From a virus: a DNA stretch of 64,000 bases. The notes under the pieces are model-generated. The model was not told the origin of the DNA, made no database searches, and saw nothing but the letters and a program-made list of their open reading frames with translations. The stretch lies in IMG/VR virus record IMGVR_UViG_3300025889_000092, positions 17,808 to 81,807 of that record. The stretch is one strand, 5' to 3'. How positions within the stretch are numbered: position 1 is the first letter of the stretch; each line of letters starts with the position of its first letter. Positions 38,213-47,741 of this stretch are shown here, piece by piece. Position numbers and translations under genes: made by a program.

Positions 38213-39445
38213 ATGGGGCTCTCGCAGCGCGGACTTGATTTAATAAAACACTTCGAAGGTTTGCGCCTTACTGCTTATAAATGCAGTGCGGGTGTCGACA
38301 CGATCGGTTACGGACACACTGGTCCTGACGTTAAACCGGGCTTACGGATTACGCAGGAAGAAGCAGAAAAATTGCTGTGGAAGGACACCGAGAGCGCACA
38401 GCAAGCTGTAAATAGTTTCGTAAATATTAGATTAAATCAGAATGAGTACGATGCTTTAGTTTCCTTCGTTTTCAACGTAGGCCCTAGTGCGTTTGTAAGC
38501 AGCACACTCCTCAGACTTTTAAATTCGGGTGCGGAGCGTAATATCGTTGCGGGCGAGTTTGCGCGATGGGTTAAAGCCGGTGGCGATAAAGCAGTTCCAG
38601 GACTGGTTAGGAGACGCCAGAAAGAAAAGGAGCTATTTTTGGAACAAATTAAACACCCTCTCTTGGGCAAGTCCATCCTGGCCAATAGGGACACTTGGTT
38701 GAAACGCCAACCGATTGACTCTGGCAAGCTTCCGGCTGAGCAAAAACTCTTTGTGCCGAAAGGTGCTGCCTGGCAGTGGACTGAGATTCGTATGTACGCT
38801 GGTGAGGCTCATCAAAGAGTCTTCCTGCAACAGCAACCAGATAAAGAATGGTGGTTTTATCCTGATCACTGGAAAATAATTAATGATGCGTCTACGGAAA
38901 CAGAGGTAACAGCCCCCTCTAAAGATATAAAACTTGATGTTCCCTATTACTCTCAGCGAGATAATTACAGAGATGCCAACCGCACCTGTTTTTCCAGCAG
39001 TTGTGCGATGTTGCTTAGCGGGCTGGACAAAAATGCCATCCGTAATGACGACGACTACATACGTGAAGTTTTTAAATTAGGGGACACTACAGATGCTTCA
39101 GTACAAATAGAAACCTTAGCTCATTTTGGAGTCGAGGCTAAATTCCTTACCTCAGGCAATTGGTCTAGCGTCGAGGATCAGCTCAAAAAAGGCGTACCTG
39201 TTCCTATTGGCATTCTTCATCACGGTTCCGTCAGTAACCCCAGCGGCGGAGGGCACTGGATCTGCGTGGTCGGCATCACTGCCGATCGCTCAAAATTATT
39301 AGTTCACGATCCTTGGGGTGAGCTTGACCTTGTTTCAGGGTCCTATGTGAGCCAGAACGGCAAATACAAGCTCTATTCGAAGAAAAATCTCGGTCCTCGA
39401 TGGATGGTCGAGGGAGAGGGGTCGGGTTGGCTCATAAAAGCTTGA
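38213..39445 (+). CDS. Endolysin: GH24 lysozyme + C39-like peptidase
   Basis: LIKHFEGLRL.AY.CSAG..TIGYGH...GLVRRR; VPYYSQRDN..CFSSSCAM..GGGHW..HDPWG. Confidence 0.92.
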   Translation: MGLSQRGLDLIKHFEGLRLTAYKCSAGVDTIGYGHTGPDVKPGLRITQEEAEKLLWKDTESAQQAVNSFVNIRLNQNEYDALVSFVFNVGPSAFVSSTLLRLLNSGAERNIVAGEFARWVKAGGDKAVPGLVRRRQKEKELFLEQIKHPLLGKSILANRDTWLKRQPIDSGKLPAEQKLFVPKGAAWQWTEIRMYAGEAHQRVFLQQQPDKEWWFYPDHWKIINDASTETEVTAPSKDIKLDVPYYSQRDNYRDANRTCFSSSCAMLLSGLDKNAIRNDDDYIREVFKLGDTTDASVQIETLAHFGVEAKFLTSGNWSSVEDQLKKGVPVPIGILHHGSVSNPSGGGHWICVVGITADRSKLLVHDPWGELDLVSGSYVSQNGKYKLYSKKNLGPRWMVEGEGSGWLIKA

Positions 39446-39480
39446 ATCTGCCTTAAAATCATTTTCCCAGCCTTGCTCCG

Positions 39481-39717
39481 ATGGCGTTCAATTTAGAGGA
39501 CATCCTTCTCACATGGGACACCCAGTGGGAACAAGACAAAGCTGATTTCTTAGAGGAACTTTATGAGTTTTATTCCCCCGCAGACCACTGCTATACAGGG
39601 CTGTTTCAAAAATACCAGAAAGACCTTTGTCTATTTATACGGGATTGGCATCGGCTGCCTCCCGAAGATCTGCGATTTGGTAAGCCGTGGCTATTCCCTG
39701 TACCTACAATTATTTAA
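39481..39717 (+). CDS. Hypothetical protein
   Basis: ORF track. Confidence 0.55.
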   Translation: MAFNLEDILLTWDTQWEQDKADFLEELYEFYSPADHCYTGLFQKYQKDLCLFIRDWHRLPPEDLRFGKPWLFPVPTII

Positions 39718-39731
39718 GAAGAAGTAACGCA

Positions 39732-39956
39732 ATGTCTGCTCGGGATTACAGAAAGGAATACGATGATTATCAAGGTAAACCTGAGCAGATAAAGCGTCGC
39801 TCGGCTCGCAACAAAGCTCGACGCCACCTAGAAAAACAAGGTCGTGTCAGTAAGGGGGACGGAAAGGAAGTAGATCACAAAGATCACAATCCCCTAAATA
39901 ATAGTGCTGCTAATATAAGAGTAAGATCCCGTTCTGCTAACCGGAGCGATCAATAG
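39732..39956 (+). CDS. Small HNH protein
   Basis: Likely ATG 39732; RDYRKEY...DGKEVDHKDHNP.NN...N.R......NR. Confidence 0.8.
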   Translation: MSARDYRKEYDDYQGKPEQIKRRSARNKARRHLEKQGRVSKGDGKEVDHKDHNPLNNSAANIRVRSRSANRSDQ

Positions 39957-40459
39957 TGGCAATTATCCCTGGTTCTGACGCTTCCGGTAAGACACCAGAA
40001 GGTCTTACTCAAGGTCTTCAGTTCCCTCCTGGTCTGGGTGGGTACAACCGTCAGCCCGGTCTCGGCATCCGGCGAGCAATGATGCTCGATAACGGTAACC
40101 GGATTGCCTCTCAGCTCGAACACGATCGAGGAGTTTACGTTCGCCCTCCCGTTGGCCCCGTGGAGTATGCGGAGGGAAACATTAAAAAAAGCACTGAGCT
40201 GACTGGTGTTGCGGGGTATAACCAGCGGGCAATCCCTTTAAAGGACAGTGCTGATGACATGAGTCAGATGGAGTATCTCAGTGCTCTTCGTCAAGCTGAT
40301 CCCGCTCAGCGCCTCCGCATGCAGCAGGGTCTTTTAATGTCTAAGCAGAATTTCCTGAACACTCCGACTGTTCAGGCTGAGTATCCGTCCATGAGCAGCA
40401 ACATGGTCGATAACCTCATGATGCTGGCCAAAGCCAAACTCTCCGCGAAAAAATCGTGA
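39956..40459 (+). CDS. Hypothetical protein with basic C-terminal tail
   Basis: ORF track; ends LAKAKLSAKKS. Confidence 0.65.
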   Translation: MAIIPGSDASGKTPEGLTQGLQFPPGLGGYNRQPGLGIRRAMMLDNGNRIASQLEHDRGVYVRPPVGPVEYAEGNIKKSTELTGVAGYNQRAIPLKDSADDMSQMEYLSALRQADPAQRLRMQQGLLMSKQNFLNTPTVQAEYPSMSSNMVDNLMMLAKAKLSAKKS

Positions 40460-40587
40460 CCGACAACGACTTCCCTATCCGGATGGCTGGGCAGCGTTTA
40501 GGACTTGAAGCCTATAAGCTCTCTGGTCTGACCCCCACTGAAATTACCCGTAGACTGCGGTACCAAGAAGCATTCCCCAGAACCTGA
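40456..40587 (+). CDS. 43-aa protein with RMAGQ tag (not in track)
   Basis: GTGA overlap; MTDNDFPIRMAGQRLGLEAYKLSGLTPTEITRRLRYQEAFPRT; exactly fills the gap to thyX. Confidence 0.65.
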   Translation: MTDNDFPIRMAGQRLGLEAYKLSGLTPTEITRRLRYQEAFPRT

Positions 40588-40589
40588 GC

Positions 40590-41306
40590 GTGGCTTTATC
40601 TGATCAGCACAAGGTACAGCTCGATTGGATCACACCCGAACCTGAGAGGGTTCTTGCTAAACATGCTCGGGTATCAACCAAGAACCCTGAGCGTGAAGAG
40701 TACTTAAAGCTTCTTCAGTACTGTTTAAAGCACGGCCACGTAAGTGTCTTTGAACAGGTTTGCGCTTCATTTGAGATTATTACGACTCGTAGTATCTCTC
40801 CGCAGATACTCAGGCACCGTTCCTTCTGCTTCCAAGAGGCGAGTCAACGGTACTGCAATCCATTAGAGGTTCTCGAAGAAGAGACCTCCCATATAGATGC
40901 TTTTGAACTACGCGGTCAGGACATTAAAAACAGGCAAAACAGCATCGTCTATACGGACGGGGACATCGAGGAGAAGTTCAGGGGTCGTATCCAGGACGTT
41001 GTATCTGAAATCAATAGTCTTTACCGGGACCTCGTTGCTGCTGGGGTGGCACGGGAATGCGCTCGAAACATTCTTCCTCTCGGCACTCCTACAAAACTCC
41101 ATATGCAAGGCAACCTCAGGAATTGGTTGTTTTATGTCGGTCTGAGGAGCGCTCCAGGTACTCAGAAGGAACATAAATTCATCTCCAGCTTGATCGGACG
41201 GGAACTACAGCTACAGATGCCGGACCTGATCCAAGCGGTAATTGAAGCTGCAGAAGGTGACGAGAGCCTTGGCTTGCGTGGGTGGAAATTTATCCATAAC
41301 ACATAA
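40590..41306 (+). CDS. thyX: FAD-dependent thymidylate synthase
   Basis: HVSVFE, QILRHRSF.FQE.SQRY, RECAR.ILP, QKEH. Confidence 0.95.
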   Translation: MALSDQHKVQLDWITPEPERVLAKHARVSTKNPEREEYLKLLQYCLKHGHVSVFEQVCASFEIITTRSISPQILRHRSFCFQEASQRYCNPLEVLEEETSHIDAFELRGQDIKNRQNSIVYTDGDIEEKFRGRIQDVVSEINSLYRDLVAAGVARECARNILPLGTPTKLHMQGNLRNWLFYVGLRSAPGTQKEHKFISSLIGRELQLQMPDLIQAVIEAAEGDESLGLRGWKFIHNT

Positions 41307-41361
41307 AGCGAAACCGGGGCTTGAATTAGGCCCCGGTCTTTTCGCCTCACGCGTTTCTTAA

Positions 41362-41985
41362 CTATAAGAGATTTCCCCAAGGGTTTTCAGTTGTTTTATC
41401 TTTTCTTAAGGATGTCTGTGCGTTGCTCGTAGCTTGGTCTTTACCTGAGTTTGCTCCTACCTGAGTTTGCATTCTTATCATGTTTTGAAACGCCACAACA
41501 GTTTGCTTCAACTTTGCGTTTTCCCTTAAGGCCTCATCCGTTTGCTGATCAGCCCATTGCGCTGCACGCATTGTCAACGTATCAATTACGTTTTGAGGGT
41601 GAGGGAAAGAAAAAACATCCCCGTTCTCGTTCGGGATTTGCTTACCCCCTTGCTGCGCGGCAAGGGCAACAAGGAAGTTAGTTGCTTTTTCAAGAGTTAT
41701 ATCAGCGTGGTAACCCAGCTGAACGGGAGATACTATCCCTTTATTGCTCTCGTATAAAACCGTAAAGACCTTACCAACTTTGAAGGCTTCTTCAGTTTTT
41801 TTGTTTTTGGCAATCCTTCGTTCCAGTGCCAGATGAGCACCCACCATCACACCCCCTGTAGCCGCTAGCGCAGGCGCGTAAAACTTTGGGGCAATCGCGG
41901 CGGCAGCTGCTGCTCCCGCAACTCCCAGAGCCATCAGAGGGGCGACATACGCTGTCCATGGTTCAATCGCTGGATTTCGGGTCAT
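41362..41985 (-). CDS. Membrane protein with wHTH-like domain
   Basis: Likely ATG 41985; two N-terminal hydrophobic helices. Confidence 0.55.
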   Translation of the reverse strand: MTRNPAIEPWTAYVAPLMALGVAGAAAAAAIAPKFYAPALAATGGVMVGAHLALERRIAKNKKTEEAFKVGKVFTVLYESNKGIVSPVQLGYHADITLEKATNFLVALAAQQGGKQIPNENGDVFSFPHPQNVIDTLTMRAAQWADQQTDEALRENAKLKQTVVAFQNMIRMQTQVGANSGKDQATSNAQTSLRKDKTTENPWGNLL

Positions 41986-44749
41986 GTTCTTCGAAGGCTT
42001 TTTGCCAGTGAGGGTCTGCTGGGTTTGATGCCCACTCAACAGGGCTGGGCAGCCGGTTAGTTCCGGCACAAGCTCTGTCAGTGGAGGGGTCGAACGGCTT
42101 CAATTTTAGGCCTGTGAATACCGCTTTACCATCAATGAAGCGGGGCTCAACTCCGGAGACTTTAAGGACATTCCTTATCGTTTCTTTTAAACGATCGACA
42201 AAGCGTGGTTTGGCCGAGTGTTTGTAACCGTTCGACTTACAGAAGTTGACGTAAGAGGAGTAGAGCTCCGAGTATGCGTTTTTAACAAATAAACCTCGTT
42301 CCGACTCGTCGGTGCTGGGACGAAAAGCACCCATACCAATAACGCTTTGACTGTTGGGTGCGTACATAGTGCATTCAGCAAGCCACGCAACATAAGGGTT
42401 ATTGAAGATCAACGCCTCGAGGTTAGTCGAGTTCAACGTAGGCACATGCTTAACTGGATTCGCAAGCACGTCACGCATCACGTCAAAAGGTAGCGAGAGT
42501 GCCCAGCTGACTACGCCCGATAGCTCCGGCGCCAGTTCCCCATCCACCCGATCAGCGTGGACATTCAAGAGGTCACGCCGTTTTGAGGCAGGCACTACCT
42601 TGTCCATAATTATCGTCAGTCGACGACGCTCGAGACCGCTGCTGATATCGCTACTGCTGATGTGCTCGTTCGAAGCGATGCAGACTAGAACTTCGGGTTT
42701 GAAGTTGATTACCTCTTTCCCGTATTTCCGTTCTGCGCGAAGAGTGTCTGATGCGGAGGTGATCTTCTTAAGGACATCGAGACGCTTGTTGAAGTTAGCC
42801 TCGTCAGTGAGCAGGAGGAGGCGTTTTCCTATGAGGTTATGACACTCAAATTTGTTCGTCTCAATGATCTCGAGGTTGCTTGTGTGCGTTCCAGAAAAGC
42901 CAGCGAGGGCAATAAGCATCTGCTGCAGCGTGGACTTACCTGTACCGCCAGGACCGACAAGGTGTAGAAAGCGTTCGCCCGTTGTATAACCTGTAAGAAG
43001 AGCTCTGCAGAAAGCTTGAATAATTATTACTTTGTCCTTTCCGACTGAGGATTCAAGCCAGCTTAAAAAGTTGGGACACTTGGCTTTGTCGTTGTAGTCA
43101 AAGGAAAGCTTCGTTCTGAGGTACAGAGTTTTATCGTTGCCTGGAGTGAACTCAAGGTTCTGAGATTTAAGAACACCGTTTTTGAAGGGGATGAATTCCC
43201 TGTTCTTACTCCAGATGGAGACTCGTCCACCGCTGACAGATTTAAGGAGCTTGGCTTTTAGGATGTGAAATACTGAGCCTACAGTCGCAGAGTTGTAACG
43301 CTGCAGAACACCAGCAGCAACAAAGGTATCGAGTGTCTTAACGATGCGCCTCTTAATGTGTTGTTCGTCTTGTATGTACCACACGCCTTCTTCTTTATCG
43401 TATGTAAAGAACTCGTCTAAAGAGGAATCAAATAAAAAATCCTCTCCATAGTTGTTTACAATAATATCCGCAACATCATTTTCAGAGAAGTTTTTCGTAT
43501 CTTTCTGCAGTTTTATCAGCTGCGTGGGGCTCTTGGGAGTAGAGTCCATGGTTTCCGGGTCCTCTGGTGTTGTTTTTGTTGTTTTTGTGTGTTGGGGTTT
43601 TTGACCCCTTTCAAACTCAAGCGTCAGGATCGAGCTGACAGGCTTTGGTTTCTGCTTACTAAGCTCGCTCTTCAACTCCTCAGGACATTTGTCGTCGAAG
43701 ATTTTCTTGTTGAAGTACTTGAGTTTTTTCCATACGGCGGTCTCACCGTCCTCTGATGCGATGACCAGAGCAGGTTTCAGCTCACCGCTGTCGGAGACGC
43801 TGTTCAGGATCCGATCAAACTTTCCATCGAGTAGAGGGCTGTAGTCGTATATATTCTCGAATACAAGCTGTGCGGTTGTCAAGGGGTCGATAAGTACCGC
43901 AATATCCCTCTCGTTTAGCCAGTTGCACCAACCGATGATCTCCTTAAAAGCCATGGCCATGGCAAAGGAGCGGTCCTCTACGGAAGATCCGTTAAGGATT
44001 TCTCTGACTGAATTACTTAAAAGTTTTTCTAGATTTATACCTTCTTCTGAGATTGTCGCTTTTAGATAATCAAAACCGGAGCCCTTGCTCGTTTGCTCCT
44101 TAGGAAGCTTTAAAAAATATCTATATGCCTCGTTAATTTTTTCGGAGGGAATGTAGTTTTCACTTACGTAAAAAAGTTCTTCGTTTGGGGCGTCACCTTT
44201 TGTCCCGTAAAAAAGGTTCGGCACCGTCGTGGCCCTGATGTCTGACCCCGGAATTTGCCCTGAGAGATGGCGAGTAAACCATTGGTAAAAATCGGTATCG
44301 ATAATTGGTGTTTCAAGCCCGAAGACTAAACGGAATCGGGGCCAATCTTGTGAGTAGCTTGGTGACCTATATGCAAAGGAGCAGTACTTTTTAACTATTT
44401 CAAGTTCAAGTGACTCAGCTTCTGAAAGTTCTTGCTTTTGTATTTTGTTTCCGTCTTTATCCTTACCGTCATCTTGGTTATCAATATCGATAATAATCAA
44501 GCCCGCTTTTATACATTCTGTCGCGTCTTTCGAGCGTCTTCCATTAAGAAGGTGCCACGCGCAAAGACCCTGTCCCTCCGCAACATAGTCAGCGATATCT
44601 TTTATAGCTTTATTTTCACTAATCCAGTTTTCGTTAAATGCCTTAAAGTTTCCACCCGGCATGATCTTGCCGGTTTTCTTGCTCACATGCTTTTTTACCT
44701 CTTCGTTCCGGCTGTAAAAAAACTGCATCGGTCCCCTCAGTCCTGCCAT
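41963..44749 (-). CDS. Primase + D5-like SF3 helicase
   Basis: IIIDIDN and PRFRLVF primase motifs; IPFKNGVL, Walker A GPGGTGKST, Walker B LLTDE, RRL. Confidence 0.9.
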   Translation of the reverse strand: MAGLRGPMQFFYSRNEEVKKHVSKKTGKIMPGGNFKAFNENWISENKAIKDIADYVAEGQGLCAWHLLNGRRSKDATECIKAGLIIIDIDNQDDGKDKDGNKIQKQELSEAESLELEIVKKYCSFAYRSPSYSQDWPRFRLVFGLETPIIDTDFYQWFTRHLSGQIPGSDIRATTVPNLFYGTKGDAPNEELFYVSENYIPSEKINEAYRYFLKLPKEQTSKGSGFDYLKATISEEGINLEKLLSNSVREILNGSSVEDRSFAMAMAFKEIIGWCNWLNERDIAVLIDPLTTAQLVFENIYDYSPLLDGKFDRILNSVSDSGELKPALVIASEDGETAVWKKLKYFNKKIFDDKCPEELKSELSKQKPKPVSSILTLEFERGQKPQHTKTTKTTPEDPETMDSTPKSPTQLIKLQKDTKNFSENDVADIIVNNYGEDFLFDSSLDEFFTYDKEEGVWYIQDEQHIKRRIVKTLDTFVAAGVLQRYNSATVGSVFHILKAKLLKSVSGGRVSIWSKNREFIPFKNGVLKSQNLEFTPGNDKTLYLRTKLSFDYNDKAKCPNFLSWLESSVGKDKVIIIQAFCRALLTGYTTGERFLHLVGPGGTGKSTLQQMLIALAGFSGTHTSNLEIIETNKFECHNLIGKRLLLLTDEANFNKRLDVLKKITSASDTLRAERKYGKEVINFKPEVLVCIASNEHISSSDISSGLERRRLTIIMDKVVPASKRRDLLNVHADRVDGELAPELSGVVSWALSLPFDVMRDVLANPVKHVPTLNSTNLEALIFNNPYVAWLAECTMYAPNSQSVIGMGAFRPSTDESERGLFVKNAYSELYSSYVNFCKSNGYKHSAKPRFVDRLKETIRNVLKVSGVEPRFIDGKAVFTGLKLKPFDPSTDRACAGTNRLPSPVEWASNPADPHWQKAFEEHDPKSSD

Positions 44750-44788
44750 TTTGGCACGACTCCAGCACCGTGGCTACGGAAAGCAAGC

Positions 44789-45568
44789 TTAAGTCGCCTT
44801 AAGGTCTTCGTAAAATTTTCGTACGATCTGGAGCCACTGCTCTTCATTCTTTTCTACTTCCTTCTGCCCGAATGTGAATACTTGAACTGAGTAACCAGGG
44901 ACGGCAGTAGAAACAATAATTTGGGTTTTATTGATCTTTATGCCTAAGCAACTCTCTGCAGCAATTTTATAAGCAGCGAGTTGCAATTGTGTCTTTTTAA
45001 GTTTAAATACTCCTGAGATGAGTGCTTTTTTAGTTTTTTCGTCTATTCCCGCATTTGCTTTGGGGAACCTGGCACTGTAAGGTCCGTTCGACGTTTTGAA
45101 GTCGCCTAGGATTATCTCACCGTTTGTGTCCTTATAAATTATATCGCAGCATCCTGCCCATCCTTCTTTAGTCTTTTCATCGAAATAGTGAATTCTGCCT
45201 ACACCATCCTCACCTACGTAGCGCGACCACTGAGGTTGGTTGTAGGGTTTTTCGCTCCACAGTACTTTTCCTCCTTCGAGAAGGTCATCGAGTCTTTCTG
45301 GCATGTCTACCCAGTACGGCTCGTACTCTCTGGGCGGACGAACGTCAAAACCACGAATGTAATTCTCAACAGCGTTGTGGATCCACGTCCCACGCTCTGC
45401 CGCCTTATCGGCAGCTCCGGGGTTTAACAGATTCCAATGGGCCAACTTTTTACGCGTTTCCTCTGTCTGTGTGGCAGAGAGAATACTTGTTACGGAAGCT
45501 AGCGGAACAGGAACTCCGGAGCAGTTGTAGTGCCTTAAGCCGTTAAGGGTTAATCGTGTTTGGGACAC
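44789..45568 (-). CDS. PD-(D/E)XK exonuclease (MGME1/Cas4-like superfamily)
   Basis: SVTSIL, AAERGT.IH, AG..D.I......GDFKTS, QLAAY. Confidence 0.85.
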   Translation of the reverse strand: MSQTRLTLNGLRHYNCSGVPVPLASVTSILSATQTEETRKKLAHWNLLNPGAADKAAERGTWIHNAVENYIRGFDVRPPREYEPYWVDMPERLDDLLEGGKVLWSEKPYNQPQWSRYVGEDGVGRIHYFDEKTKEGWAGCCDIIYKDTNGEIILGDFKTSNGPYSARFPKANAGIDEKTKKALISGVFKLKKTQLQLAAYKIAAESCLGIKINKTQIIVSTAVPGYSVQVFTFGQKEVEKNEEQWLQIVRKFYEDLKAT

Positions 45569-45606
45569 AAACCTGTGTCAAATTAACCCAAGTTTAGTGT
45601 CTTTAT

Positions 45607-45969
45607 TCAGAATTTCATAGACACTGACCTCCGAGTATCGGGTTCGTCGTCATCATCATTTTCGTCTATATCATCTGAATATTCTTCATCTTCCTCTGTT
45701 TCAATAAAGAATTCAGATTTTTGATACTCAAACTCTTTTGATCGAGCATTGAGCTCCTCCGACAGACACATACCTGCGCAGTAGCTTTCGTTGACAATGT
45801 CGGCACATTCTTCGGCAGTACGTGTCTGCCCTTCGGGGGACACACATTCCTGAAGGAGCTGAGTCGACACGAGGAGAGCGCAGACCTTGTCGAGTTTTTC
45901 GTTGACCGCATGAAGTTGCTCTACCACAGAGCGCTGGAAGTCTTCAAACTTCTGAGATTTAGATTTCAT
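45607..45969 (-). CDS. Hypothetical protein with acidic tail
   Basis: ORF track. Confidence 0.65.
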   Translation of the reverse strand: MKSKSQKFEDFQRSVVEQLHAVNEKLDKVCALLVSTQLLQECVSPEGQTRTAEECADIVNESYCAGMCLSEELNARSKEFEYQKSEFFIETEEDEEYSDDIDENDDDDEPDTRRSVSMKF

Positions 45970-46508
45970 AGGGGTAAGGAAGGAAGCTGATCAACGCGGT
46001 CCCAATTTAATCCGAAAGAGATCTGTGTGTTATCCCGCCATTTATCGGGGTGCTGGAAGAGGAACCAGCAACTTGTAACGGAGTCTTTAGTTGATCCAAT
46101 AGCACGAAATTTAGGCCGTGGGCTCAAAACAACCATATTGGACATCCTATGCTTCAGGAGAAAGTTCCTGCGTTTAGCGACAGGTTCGATAAAAGATAAT
46201 CTATCTAAAACCGCTATACCCTCTAGAGCAATCTGCATTCCGTATTCAAGTATATACTCACTCAAGTCACTTAAACCCATTGTAGACGCTACTACCCAGT
46301 CGTAGTTTTTCTGCTTTTCGGATACCCACCACACAGGATCGGTTAGGTTCTCAACATCTTCGTTTCTTGTAACCTTGAAGTTGTGACTTCTTAATTGATC
46401 AGACAAGACGCCCAGAGGATCGTAAGGAACCAAGATGGAGCCAGTCATGTAGGTGTGCTTGACAAGTGCATGAGTCACCCCTTTGGGGATGCTGTAAAAA
46501 TCGTCCAC
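45966..46508 (-). CDS. DNA methyltransferase-like protein with degenerate motifs
   Basis: DFY..P, LDRLSFIEP...R, PRPKF...DSVT.CWF retained; EPxxGxG and NPPF positions replaced. Confidence 0.6.
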   Translation of the reverse strand: MDDFYSIPKGVTHALVKHTYMTGSILVPYDPLGVLSDQLRSHNFKVTRNEDVENLTDPVWWVSEKQKNYDWVVASTMGLSDLSEYILEYGMQIALEGIAVLDRLSFIEPVAKRRNFLLKHRMSNMVVLSPRPKFRAIGSTKDSVTSCWFLFQHPDKWRDNTQISFGLNWDRVDQLPSLPL

Positions 46509-46602
46509 TAATGATCATGGCGAGATCGAACAGAGCTTAGCGGTTTTCTTTAGGTTGTCGATGTGTCCTGCACCTAAAGTGGTGTTGTTGCATCTGAAGA
46601 TT

Positions 46603-46857
46603 ATGTTAAATCTTGGATGGCTTGGGACCGAACAGAGCTTTTTACATCAACGCGTAATGCTTGATGCGAAGAAGCTTGACAAGGAGCAACTACTTGAAGT
46701 CTTCGAAGCCACCCATCAGCAGTACCTTTTACGGAGCAAGCTCTTCACTAATTTAATTTCTTGGTGCGCTCGTAATGGTGTGCTCCTTCCTCCTCTGACG
46801 GATCTTTTTGAAGACCGTCCTGTTGATCACCCTTTGGAGAGTGAAAGGGAAGCTTGA
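46603..46857 (+). CDS. nblA: Second NblA-like protein
   Basis: Likely ATG 46603; LGTEQSF...LDKEQL.......QQYLLRSKLF in NblA register; lone plus-strand gene. Confidence 0.55.
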   Translation: MLNLGWLGTEQSFLHQRVMLDAKKLDKEQLLEVFEATHQQYLLRSKLFTNLISWCARNGVLLPPLTDLFEDRPVDHPLESEREA

Positions 46858-46860
46858 GAT

Positions 46861-46886
46861 AAAAAAAAACGGCCCTTTCGGGCCGC
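46861..46886 (-). terminator. Rho-independent terminator
   Basis: CGGCCC-GAAA-GGGCCG + T9 on the minus strand. Confidence 0.85.
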
Positions 46887-46907
46887 GTGTGTCCCTTCGA
46901 CAGGACG

Positions 46908-47726
46908 TTAGAAGTCTATACCAAGAGCTTTTGCTTGCTCCTCGCTTAGTTGTACCGTCTTCTTAGGTTCGGGTACGGGAGGTGCCTCTTCCGTCTTGGG
47001 TTCCTCCACAGAAGCAGACTTAAGAGTCTTAGGAGCAGGAGCTGAGGCCAATGAAGCCTGTGGTCCGGATGGATGCGAGTCTGCGAAACGCGCTTTGATC
47101 TCTGCATGATCTGAGCCAAGAGGGAGTTCGACGAGATCTGATCCCGGAATATGTGACTTGAGCGCCGAAGCGACAAGATTTGTTCCTGCGTCAGTGATCC
47201 AGTCATTTACATCTTGAATGAGTTTTTTCTCTTCGTCAGAAGCAGCAGGTCTATCGGAGAACTCGAGAGCGTTGAAATTAATTTTCGCCCCGTCAGCACC
47301 CGTCACAGGGTCCCGTTCGTTAAAACTACGAGTCACAAACTTTGTGCTAGTAACAACAGAAGCACAGTTAATTCTGTTGTTATATAACGTTTGAAAGTAT
47401 GCGATGAAGTTTTTCTGAGAAGACTTACCCGAAATCATCGAGGTTGTCACACAGCGAGGAGGTAGAAGCCTGTGGTTTGGGCTTACTCCGATGTAAGCAA
47501 TTCGGAGAAACTCTTCTTGATTCCTCATTCCCAGGTTCCCGAAAAAGGGCGAGAACCCAAGAAGAACGAACTCAATAGGAATTCCGTTCTCGTTTTTGTC
47601 GACAATTGCGCTTTCAGGATCAACGTCAGATTTCCATCGACGTGCCTGGAGGTCTATTCGAAGAGTATGCGGAGGGACATTACAGAGAATTTCGTCTTCC
47701 GAAAATTGGCCAGCGATAAATACCAT
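46908..47726 (-). CDS. Conserved replication-module protein (possible ssDNA-binding/annealing protein)
   Basis: Next to SSB; disordered tail ending LGIDF; function inferred. Confidence 0.4.
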   Translation of the reverse strand: MVFIAGQFSEDEILCNVPPHTLRIDLQARRWKSDVDPESAIVDKNENGIPIEFVLLGFSPFFGNLGMRNQEEFLRIAYIGVSPNHRLLPPRCVTTSMISGKSSQKNFIAYFQTLYNNRINCASVVTSTKFVTRSFNERDPVTGADGAKINFNALEFSDRPAASDEEKKLIQDVNDWITDAGTNLVASALKSHIPGSDLVELPLGSDHAEIKARFADSHPSGPQASLASAPAPKTLKSASVEEPKTEEAPPVPEPKKTVQLSEEQAKALGIDF

Positions 47727-47741
47727 GAGTCAGCTCCTAAA

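Noticed and set aside
44789-45568. Cas4-like nuclease suggesting a CRISPR system
   Set aside because: No repeat-spacer array or other cas genes; ordinary phage exonuclease context
1060-47726. Weaker xAG variants (RLLAGG, RAFAGD, EMAGI, DMAGQ, FIAGQ) as members of the RxAG tag family
   Set aside because: They lack Arg directly before the hydrophobic residue; left out so as not to inflate the motif
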